A stretch of DNA of 64,000 nt from the IMG/VR virus record IMGVR_UViG_3300027759_000001; one strand, 5' to 3'. Position numbers and translations under genes: made by a program. Under the pieces are notes generated by a model. That model was not told where the DNA came from, ran no database searches, and worked only from the letters and a program-made list of their open reading frames with translations. Below, piece after piece: positions 1-7,551 of the stretch. Position 1 is the stretch's first letter, and each line of letters opens with the position of its first letter. This DNA comes from a virus (lineage: Duplodnaviria > Caudoviricetes).

Positions 1-78
1 GAGGGTAAACGAAAACCAAGATGGTATTTTATTGATGAAATAAATAAATTTAGCACACATAGAGATTGGGTGTATTAA
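1..78 (+). CDS. 3' end of a truncated CDS (EGKRKPRWYFIDEINKFSTHRDWVY*)
   Basis: Frame 1 is open from base 1 to TAA at 76-78, followed by a 10-nt A-rich spacer and the next ATG, like the other junctions of this operon. Confidence 0.7.
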   Translation, partial: EGKRKPRWYFIDEINKFSTHRDWVY

Positions 79-88
79 AAATAAAATT

Positions 89-871
89 ATGAAAAAAAAA
101 ATAGCAGTTATATCAGGTTGGTATAACTTTGGGGAAAATAACGGAATTAGTGATGACAATAGGTTTATGACTAATTGTTTTTATGAAAGTGCAAAAAAAC
201 ACTTTTTACCTCATCACGATGTTGAATTTATTTTTATGAACAATAGTGATATCACAATAGATGGGGTAACAAATATAAATTTTGATTATCAAATTGAGGG
301 GTTTTGGGAAATGTGTTTAATGAAAATTTTAAGTTTAAAATTTTTAAAAAACGAATATGACTATATATTTGTTCATGATAATGATCAAGTTTACATTAAA
401 GACGTAAATAACAAAATATTAGAATCTGATTTTACATTTGTGGACCATTTTTATCCATCACCCGTTAAGGATATTTACGAACAAGTAACAGATATAGTAG
501 AACTAAACTTCAACACATCTGAAGAAAAATGGACTATGGGTAATTTTTTTGGTGGAAAACAAAAAAATATGATGGAGTTATTATCAATAACTGAAGAACA
601 AAATAAAAAATATTTTGGTTATAATTTTAATCAAAATTATTTTTATTCAAGGTATCCTGAAGAACTTTTTATTGTTAAATATGTTTATGAAAATAATATT
701 AACCATAAAAGGCTTAATACGTGTGTACATCCATTACAATCTGAGGGGGAATATTTTTTAAGCGATTGGGGTGATGATGATTCGGTTCCTTTTGAGGTTA
801 CAAACGTAAATTTATTACACAACACTAAAAAAAATTTAAATAAATTAAGAAAATTATATAAACAAAATTAA
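89..871 (+). CDS. GT6-family (ABO/alpha-1,3-Gal/GalNAc transferase-like) glycosyltransferase
   Basis: FYESAKKHFLPHHDVEF, YDYIFVHDND (DxD at D97-D99), TMGNFFGG and EELFIVKY match the motif order of GT6 enzymes (F..SA..HF..G, DxD/NxN, YxGGFFGG, DESHLNKY). Confidence 0.75.
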   Translation: MKKKIAVISGWYNFGENNGISDDNRFMTNCFYESAKKHFLPHHDVEFIFMNNSDITIDGVTNINFDYQIEGFWEMCLMKILSLKFLKNEYDYIFVHDNDQVYIKDVNNKILESDFTFVDHFYPSPVKDIYEQVTDIVELNFNTSEEKWTMGNFFGGKQKNMMELLSITEEQNKKYFGYNFNQNYFYSRYPEELFIVKYVYENNINHKRLNTCVHPLQSEGEYFLSDWGDDDSVPFEVTNVNLLHNTKKNLNKLRKLYKQN

Positions 872-880
872 AAAAATTAT

Positions 881-2218
881 ATGGAAGAAAATAAAAAAAT
901 AGTTATAGCACAATTTTTTACCACTAACCTTAGTTATGGTAAATTTACAAAAGAAATAAATAAAAAGTATTGTGATGAAAAAGGATACATATATCATTTA
1001 GAGTCCGACAATAATAAAATAAAAACTGCATTAGAAGGTAGATCCCCAACATGGTATAAACCAAAATTTATTAATGAGGTTTTTGAGTTATATAATCCTG
1101 ATTACATTCTTTTTTTAGATGCAGATGCGATAGTATGTGATTTTAGTTATAAAGTGGAAGATTTTATTGATTCAGATTATAATATTATATGTACCGAAGA
1201 TTATGGACCTAGTAAATTAAATGCTGGTGTTTTCATAATGAAAAATTCAGATTGGACAAAACGAGTAATGAATAAATGGTGGGAGACAGGTAATAATTTA
1301 GTTGGAGGACCAAATAATGAAATGGGGTTCTATAAAACGGGATTATGGCACGATCAAACTTGTTTCGGACATTTAATGGATATTATGCCCGATTCTAAAA
1401 CAAACATTAAATTAATAACTAATAAAGTATTAAACGGTAGAGAGTATAAAAATAACGTAGATAAAAATTTTATATTTCACGCCTTCTCTTATGGTATGTT
1501 ACCAAATAGAACCATTGATAAATGTTATTACGACATCTTCAATATAGATATCCCTGATGGTGAAAAATTATCTGATATTGTAGAATATTACGATACGGAT
1601 AAACATTATGAACATAATTATTTAAGATTAATTTACGATGATTTATTTCTTCCCATACGAGAAGAAGTTAAAACTTTTGTTGAGATAGGTGTGAATCATG
1701 GAGGATCTATTTTAATGTGGAGAGATTATTTTAAAAACTCAAAAGTTTTAGGGTTAGATAATAATTTACCTTTCTGTGAAGAAAAATTAAGAGATAAAAA
1801 TTTAGATCGTATTGAATTAATTAATCTTGACCAATCAATTCCTGAAATGTTAGAAACATTTGCAAACCAATATAGTGACATTGATGTTATATTAGAAGAT
1901 GGTTCACATAGAATGCACGATCAACAAATCACATTAGCAAAATTATTTAAAACATTAAAGTCAGGGGGGATATATGTACTTGAGGACTTACATACTAGTT
2001 TAGAGGCTCCGATGCCTGAAAAGGCTTGGTGTGGGTGGGGAGACTCAACAAAAACATTAACCTTAGATATGTTAAACAATTTCATATCAACGGGCAAAAT
2101 ACAATCCGATTATTTAACGGAAGATGAGATTAATTATTTAAATGATAATATTTTATCTGTAGAGATATATCAAAATAGACCCGATTGGAGTATAACAAGT
2201 GTAATAATAAAAAAATAA
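881..2218 (+). CDS. Fusion: GT34 (GMA12/MNN10-like) glycosyltransferase + class I SAM-dependent (sugar O-)methyltransferase
   Basis: N-half: WYKP, YILFLDAD (D80-x-D82), LNAGVFIMKN, WHDQ. C-half (~aa 230-445): DTDKH, FVEIGVNHGGS..MWRDYF, VLGLD, DVILEDGSH, LKSGGIYVLEDL. Confidence 0.85.
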   Translation: MEENKKIVIAQFFTTNLSYGKFTKEINKKYCDEKGYIYHLESDNNKIKTALEGRSPTWYKPKFINEVFELYNPDYILFLDADAIVCDFSYKVEDFIDSDYNIICTEDYGPSKLNAGVFIMKNSDWTKRVMNKWWETGNNLVGGPNNEMGFYKTGLWHDQTCFGHLMDIMPDSKTNIKLITNKVLNGREYKNNVDKNFIFHAFSYGMLPNRTIDKCYYDIFNIDIPDGEKLSDIVEYYDTDKHYEHNYLRLIYDDLFLPIREEVKTFVEIGVNHGGSILMWRDYFKNSKVLGLDNNLPFCEEKLRDKNLDRIELINLDQSIPEMLETFANQYSDIDVILEDGSHRMHDQQITLAKLFKTLKSGGIYVLEDLHTSLEAPMPEKAWCGWGDSTKTLTLDMLNNFISTGKIQSDYLTEDEINYLNDNILSVEIYQNRPDWSITSVIIKK

Positions 2219-3180
2219 TGATAGGTATAGTTCACCACACATTTCTTACAGGTAACTGGCAAGAAATATTAAATTCCCAAATAGAAAGACTTATATCTTC
2301 TGGGTTATATGACAACGCAGATATTATATGGTTTACTTGTAATTTAAATGGAAATGATGAAAATGTATTCACCGACTTTCTTAAAGATTACAATAAAATA
2401 CAAACCGAATGTCATGTTAATAATGGAGCTGAATACCCTGGTATTCATAAAGTAAAAGAATTAGGTGATAACAATGAGGACATGAAGATCCTTTATTTTC
2501 ATGGTAAAGGAGTTAGTAATACATATACAAATAACGAAACTAAAGAAGTTAATGAAGATAAAGTAAAAAATATACAATCATGGAGAGAGTGTTTGGAATA
2601 TTTTGTCATTGATAAATGGAAAGATTGTGTTGATAAATTAGACGAATATGATAATGTTGGTGTTACTTGTAATGGTGGTTGGTATTGGGGTAACTTTTGG
2701 TGGTCACAATCTAAACACATAAAAAAATGTAGACCCGTTGATTATTGGGGTAGGTGGGATTATGAAGCTTGGTTAAATTCGTATGTGGAAAATCAAACTA
2801 ATTATGAATTTTTTAAATTTACGTATAACCCATATGTTACTATTATACATGAGGATTGGTATAAAAAAATAAGAACTGAAAATGACCCAATTAAAATAAC
2901 GGTATTAAATGCATTTTATGGTACCCCTCCATTTGAAATTGATGAGGGTTATTCAAATATTCCATTAAATGTTACGGAAGATGTTAAGAGTGTAATAGAA
3001 GAAAAATTGAAGGAACAGAATAATGAAAAATTTTATTTTCCCGTTAATAACGAATCTATGGGTTGTGACCCATCACCTGGAAATAGAAAGTTTTTATTTA
3101 TTGAATTTTATTTAAGTAACAGTAATAACATTTATAAATTAGGACTTCATGAAGGGATGTTCTTTGACCAAAAATTTTAA
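2218..3180 (+). CDS. Putative glycan-active enzyme (LYFHGKG / GNFWW family) with C-terminal lectin-like (DP.PG..K.L) domain
   Basis: True start is likely the ATG at 2218, overlapping the previous stop (TAATG). Motifs ILYFHGKG, YWGNFWW, RWDYEAW. C-terminal NAFYG...GCDPSPGNRKFLFIEF resembles SUEL-lectin/DUF3395-like domains. Sits in the GT operon. Confidence 0.55.
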   Translation: MIGIVHHTFLTGNWQEILNSQIERLISSGLYDNADIIWFTCNLNGNDENVFTDFLKDYNKIQTECHVNNGAEYPGIHKVKELGDNNEDMKILYFHGKGVSNTYTNNETKEVNEDKVKNIQSWRECLEYFVIDKWKDCVDKLDEYDNVGVTCNGGWYWGNFWWSQSKHIKKCRPVDYWGRWDYEAWLNSYVENQTNYEFFKFTYNPYVTIIHEDWYKKIRTENDPIKITVLNAFYGTPPFEIDEGYSNIPLNVTEDVKSVIEEKLKEQNNEKFYFPVNNESMGCDPSPGNRKFLFIEFYLSNSNNIYKLGLHEGMFFDQKF

Positions 3181-3189
3181 AAAATAATT

Positions 3190-5550
3190 ATGGAAGATTT
3201 TTTTGACAAGGTTTTACACTACTATGGTAGAAAAGGTGAAAAACTATTTATGATTAACATTGGTGCAATGGACGGTGTTTTATTTGATAGTATGAGTGGT
3301 TATGCGGATATGTATAATTCAGATGTGTTATATGTGGAACCAATGAAACCTCACTTTGACAGATTGGTTAAACATAAAGGAGGTAACCCAGCTAATAAGT
3401 TTGAGAACTCCGCAATTAGTAACTACAACGGAACTATAAACATGAAAACAATTCCAATTGAGATTGTTGATCAAGGATTAGTTCATCAAGCATTTTATGG
3501 TATGAGCGTTATTGACCCAACAAAGAATGGTATGGGTAGTGAAGGAGATAGAGAAGTTGTTGAGAAGTATGCCGTAGATGTTGAGGTTAATTGCATTACT
3601 TGGGATACGTTAGTTAAAAAACACGATATAGATTATTTTGATGTATTATCTGTAGATACGGAGGGACATGACTATACAATATTCAAACAAATTGATTTAG
3701 AAAAATTTAGACCTATTTTAATACGTTTAGAATGGTGTAATATGACAGACGAAGAAAAAACTAACATCCTTAATAAATTTACCTCATCAGGATATGTTTA
3801 TGAAATTTTGGATAATATGGATATTGATGCGGTTAGAGAAGATGTGTATGAAGAAATAAAGTCAAAATTAGAACCAAAACAAATAATTGAAACCTCAAAC
3901 TCAAAACTTACATTAGTGACAGGTCTTTGGGATATTGGAAGAGGTGACCTTCAAGAAGGGTGGTCTAGATCATTTCAACATTATTTAGATAAATTTCAAC
4001 AACTATTACAGGTTGATGTGAATATGATAATATTTGGAGATAAAGAATTAGAAGAATTTGTATTAAACAATAGAAGTAGTGAAAACACACAATTTGTAAT
4101 CAGGGATTTATCTTGGTTTAAAAATAATGATTTTTATGATAAAATACAAAAGATAAGAACTAACCCTGATTGGTATAATCAAATTGGTTGGTTAACAAAT
4201 TCTACACAAGCTAAATTAGAAATGTATAATCCTTTGGTAATGTCCAAAGTTTATCTTTTACACGATGCAAAGATTTTAGATAAGTTTGATTCAGAATATA
4301 TGTTTTGGATTGATGCTGGTTTAACAAATACAATTCATCCAGGATACTTCACTCAAGATAAAGTTTTAAATAAATTACCTCAATTGGTTAAGAATTTTCA
4401 CTTTGTTTGTTTCCCTTATGAAACAAATAGTGAAATACATGGATTTAAATATCAAGAGTTGTGTGATTTAGCGGGTAAACCTGTTAATATGGTTGCTAGA
4501 GCTGGTTTCTTTGGTGGAAAAAAAGATGTTATTTCTGAAATCAATAGTATATACTATGGATTAATGAACGATACTTTATCACAAGGGTTAATGGGAACTG
4601 AAGAGTCGTTATTTACAATTATGACCTACAAATATCCTAATTTAATAACGTATTCCGAAATAGAAAATAATGGTTTGATGGGTAAATTTTTTGAGGATTT
4701 AAAAAATATGACGGTTGAAACTAAAATTAATGATATTGGTAGTGAGATAGGATTATATGTTATTACGTTTAATTCACCAAAACAATTTGAGACTCTAATT
4801 GAGTCAATGTTAGACTACGATCCATCATTCGTAACTAAAACTAAAAAATATTTACTTAATAACTCAACAGATTTAACGACAACCGAAAGATATATTCAAC
4901 TATGTAACCAATATGGGTTTGAACATATTAAAAAAGATAATATTGGTATAACAGGTGGAAGACAATTTATTGCTGAACATTTTAATGAACAAAATAATTT
5001 AAGTCATTATTATTTTTTTGAGGATGATATGTTTTTTTATAATGGGGGAGATATAACTTGTAAAAATGGATTTGTTAGAAAAATAAAAAACATATTTGAC
5101 AACACATTAAAAATAATAAAAGAAGAAAATTTTGATTTTTTAAAGTTAAACTTTAGTGAATTTTATGGTAGTCACAATAAACAATGGGCTTGGTATAATG
5201 TTCCACAATCTTTCAGAGAATCCCATTGGGTAAACAATCCAAGATTACCCGAACATGGTTTGGATGCTAACTCACCTAATTTAGAATTTAAACACATAAA
5301 ATCTTATAATGGAATACCATATGCTACAGGTGAAATTTATTTGTGTAACTGGCCAATAGTCATGTCAAAAGAAGGTAATTACAAATGTTATCTTAAAACA
5401 AAATATGGTATGCCTTATGAACAAACTCTTATGTCCCATTGTTATCAAGAAATGGTAAAGGGTAATATAACGGGTTCTGTATTACTTTCAACACCAACTG
5501 ATCACAATAGATTTGATTTTTATGATGGTAATTTGAGAAAAGAATGTTAA
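3190..5550 (+). CDS. Triple fusion: FkbM-family methyltransferase + HtrL/YibB-like domain + GT-A (GT2-like) domain
   Basis: aa ~1-215: INIGAMDG, YVEP, DVLSVDTEGHD (FkbM). aa ~238-510: LTLVTGLWDIGR, YNPLVMSK, MFWIDAG (HtrL/YibB). aa ~520-786: LYVITFNS, NIGITGGRQ, YFFFEDD (E611-D613; GT-A). Confidence 0.8.
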   Translation: MEDFFDKVLHYYGRKGEKLFMINIGAMDGVLFDSMSGYADMYNSDVLYVEPMKPHFDRLVKHKGGNPANKFENSAISNYNGTINMKTIPIEIVDQGLVHQAFYGMSVIDPTKNGMGSEGDREVVEKYAVDVEVNCITWDTLVKKHDIDYFDVLSVDTEGHDYTIFKQIDLEKFRPILIRLEWCNMTDEEKTNILNKFTSSGYVYEILDNMDIDAVREDVYEEIKSKLEPKQIIETSNSKLTLVTGLWDIGRGDLQEGWSRSFQHYLDKFQQLLQVDVNMIIFGDKELEEFVLNNRSSENTQFVIRDLSWFKNNDFYDKIQKIRTNPDWYNQIGWLTNSTQAKLEMYNPLVMSKVYLLHDAKILDKFDSEYMFWIDAGLTNTIHPGYFTQDKVLNKLPQLVKNFHFVCFPYETNSEIHGFKYQELCDLAGKPVNMVARAGFFGGKKDVISEINSIYYGLMNDTLSQGLMGTEESLFTIMTYKYPNLITYSEIENNGLMGKFFEDLKNMTVETKINDIGSEIGLYVITFNSPKQFETLIESMLDYDPSFVTKTKKYLLNNSTDLTTTERYIQLCNQYGFEHIKKDNIGITGGRQFIAEHFNEQNNLSHYYFFEDDMFFYNGGDITCKNGFVRKIKNIFDNTLKIIKEENFDFLKLNFSEFYGSHNKQWAWYNVPQSFRESHWVNNPRLPEHGLDANSPNLEFKHIKSYNGIPYATGEIYLCNWPIVMSKEGNYKCYLKTKYGMPYEQTLMSHCYQEMVKGNITGSVLLSTPTDHNRFDFYDGNLRKEC

Positions 5551-5556
5551 TTGCAA

Positions 5557-5563
5557 TATTTAT
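5557..5563 (+). promoter_or_regulatory. TATTTAT motif (putative late promoter)
   Basis: 14 nt before ATG 5578; context AATATTTATTGTAAAA is also found at 22913. Confidence 0.6.
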
Positions 5564-5577
5564 TGTAAAATCAAATA

Positions 5578-6300
5578 ATGGAATTTTACATTAAGAAAAA
5601 TGCTACGTTACCCGTTTTAAAGATGCAAGTCGTTAAAGACGGTAGAAGTGATTATAATAAGATGATGGAAATGATTGAGGAATCTTCTATCTTCTTTTCA
5701 ATGGTAGATACTGAGACTGGAATTCCAAGAATTGTTACAAGACCCGCAGGATTTGTTGAGAAAACATTATTGGACCCAAATGCTGAGTATGAGTATTATG
5801 TTTATTATCAGTTCACATCAAATGATACAAGAAAAGTTGGTAGATATGAAGGTCAGTTCTTATTAAGAAATTCAGATGGCACATTAATTTTACCAATCAG
5901 AGAAAAACTTTATATAAACGTACAAGAAAGTTTCATTGCGGATGATCTTCCGTATGAATCTTGTTATGTTGTTGGTTTCCCTTGTTGTGCTAGTATACCT
6001 ACAACAACTACAACCACAACAACACCTTGTCCTAGTTGTAGGGCTTGTTGCCCACCAACTCCAACACCATTACCGACAACAACAACTACTACATATATAC
6101 CAATCACAACAACAACAACAATCCACAATGATTTTGTTGTTTTAGACATACCAGAAAATGATGTAAACTTTGGTTTAGTAATAACTAATTTAGTTCCTAT
6201 AGAAATACCTGAAGATGATGTAAACTTTGATTTGGTTATTACAAATTTAGTCCCTATAGAAATACCTGAAGATGATGTAAACTTTGATTTAATAATTTAA
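5578..6300 (+). CDS. Probable virion protein: BppU-N-like domain, Thr/Pro/Cys-rich linker and C-terminal 19-aa repeats
   Basis: N-terminal FYIKKNATLP.L...G.YEGQF resembles baseplate-upper-protein N domains; PTTTTTTTTPCPSCRACCPPTPTP linker; preceded by TATTTAT. Confidence 0.55.
   Translation: MEFYIKKNATLPVLKMQVVKDGRSDYNKMMEMIEESSIFFSMVDTETGIPRIVTRPAGFVEKTLLDPNAEYEYYVYYQFTSNDTRKVGRYEGQFLLRNSDGTLILPIREKLYINVQESFIADDLPYESCYVVGFPCCASIPTTTTTTTTPCPSCRACCPPTPTPLPTTTTTTYIPITTTTTIHNDFVVLDIPENDVNFGLVITNLVPIEIPEDDVNFDLVITNLVPIEIPEDDVNFDLII
6148..6300 (+). repeat. Coding tandem repeat, 57-bp unit x ~2.7 (IPE[N/D]DVNF[G/D]LVITNLVPIE)
   Basis: Units start at 6148, 6205 and 6262; differences are mostly synonymous. 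Confidence 0.95.
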
Positions 6301-6310
6301 AATTATAAGA

Positions 6311-6322
6311 TATTTATAAATA
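6311..6322 (+). promoter_or_regulatory. TATTTATAAATA motif (putative late promoter) before the carbonic anhydrase gene
   Basis: Perfect 12-bp palindrome in the intergenic gap. Confidence 0.6.
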
Positions 6323-6346
6323 AAAATAAAAAGAAAAATAAAAAAA

Positions 6347-7438
6347 ATGATACAAGGAATAAGAATTACAAGTCAAAATTTATCGGGGGATACCGCTAAT
6401 GTTACTTTTAACCCACAAACGGGTGGTACAATTAATTTAGGTACACAAACAATACCTTTTAATAATATCACAAATTATCCTTATGGTACTTATGAATTAT
6501 TTGTACCTGAATTTAATTACACATATGATGTAATTGTCCCAGCCCCGCAAAATGGTCAGGATGCATATACGACAACAGTTAGAGACGTTACAATAGATGG
6601 TGGATTAAAACCATTCTCAGGAGCGGTATTATCTGAAGTATGGGGGACATATACAACTGATTATATTACAAATCAAGGAATACCATCAACATCTATTGTT
6701 TTAGCTGAAGGTATTTGTTCTGATGATGTTGACGCATCAAAAGTACCATCAAATATTGGTCAATGGCCAAATAGTATTAATTCGTTTTTAGGTCCATTTA
6801 TGTCAGGTGGATTAGCGGGATATCCATTTGTGGGTAGTGTTGGTTTTGGGGCATTTGCAAGTCACGTAGCAACAAGTGGTGCTACCGAAACAAATGCCAC
6901 TTTATTTGTTACGAGTATGCCACATATTGGTGTGACTGAAGATGGTCGTTCAGGAAGAATGTTACGTAGAGGTAAAGCTGATAGTATAACAGATAATACT
7001 TGTGGTGCAGTTTGGGGAGCAATTAACCAAGTTGTAAATGTTTTATCAGCACCTCCAAGTCAAAGTAATCCACCATTTGATAATGGTAATTATTCTTTTT
7101 GGAAGTTAACAGATATTTTATGGCCATTTAAAAACGTATTATCAGGATTTACAGGAACTAGTGAGGAAATATATAATAAACAAATGATTTTTGCGACAGA
7201 AACAATTAGAGATGCCGCATATGATTATATTATTGATGTTTTACCAAGTCAAGTGACGGGTAACACACAAAACGATGTATATTTTTTAAGTGGTATTTTT
7301 ATCAATACTGATGTTATTCCTGACAGTACATTACAATTTGAATCTTATGTTGTTGTTGATAAAGTTATGAAATATGAATTTGGTATTGGTTGGAGTGATA
7401 TTACCATTAGTTATAACACTGGATTACCAATTGACTAA
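6347..7438 (+). CDS. LCIB/LCIC-type (theta/beta-like) carbonic anhydrase domain with N-terminal beta-rich extension
   Basis: ICSDD (C124), GGLAGYPFVG..GFGAFASHV, PHIG (H193), G..G...RRG, TCGA (C219): the motif series and Cys-His-Cys Zn ligand set of the LCIB_C_CA family. Confidence 0.8.
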   Translation: MIQGIRITSQNLSGDTANVTFNPQTGGTINLGTQTIPFNNITNYPYGTYELFVPEFNYTYDVIVPAPQNGQDAYTTTVRDVTIDGGLKPFSGAVLSEVWGTYTTDYITNQGIPSTSIVLAEGICSDDVDASKVPSNIGQWPNSINSFLGPFMSGGLAGYPFVGSVGFGAFASHVATSGATETNATLFVTSMPHIGVTEDGRSGRMLRRGKADSITDNTCGAVWGAINQVVNVLSAPPSQSNPPFDNGNYSFWKLTDILWPFKNVLSGFTGTSEEIYNKQMIFATETIRDAAYDYIIDVLPSQVTGNTQNDVYFLSGIFINTDVIPDSTLQFESYVVVDKVMKYEFGIGWSDITISYNTGLPID

Positions 7439-7459
7439 TTAAAAAAATTAACAAATCAG

Positions 7460-7488
7460 TTGATAAGAGTAATTTTTACTCCTATATT
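7460..7488 (+). promoter_or_regulatory. sigma70-like promoter for the DNA polymerase, with a palindrome in the spacer
   Basis: TTGATA (7460-7465), 17 nt, TATATT (7483-7488); spacer holds GAGTAA-TTT-TTACTC (7467-7481). Confidence 0.65.
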
Positions 7489-7505
7489 TATTTTACGAAG
7501 GTAAA

Positions 7506-7523
7506 TGCCGACCTAATTCGGCA
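7506..7523 (+). promoter_or_regulatory. 5'-UTR hairpin upstream of the DNA polymerase gene
   Basis: TGCCGA-CCTAAT-TCGGCA: a 6-bp GC-rich stem in otherwise AT-rich DNA, 28 nt before the GTG start. Confidence 0.5.
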
Positions 7524-7551
7524 GCTAATAAACCAACTAAAATAATTTATA

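Noticed and set aside
5936-6149. Gln-rich and Val-rich overlapping ORFs
   Set aside because: Alternative readings of the ACA/ACT Thr repeat.
6148-6300. Repeats as a possible CRISPR array
   Set aside because: Contiguous in-frame units with no spacers and with synonymous variation.
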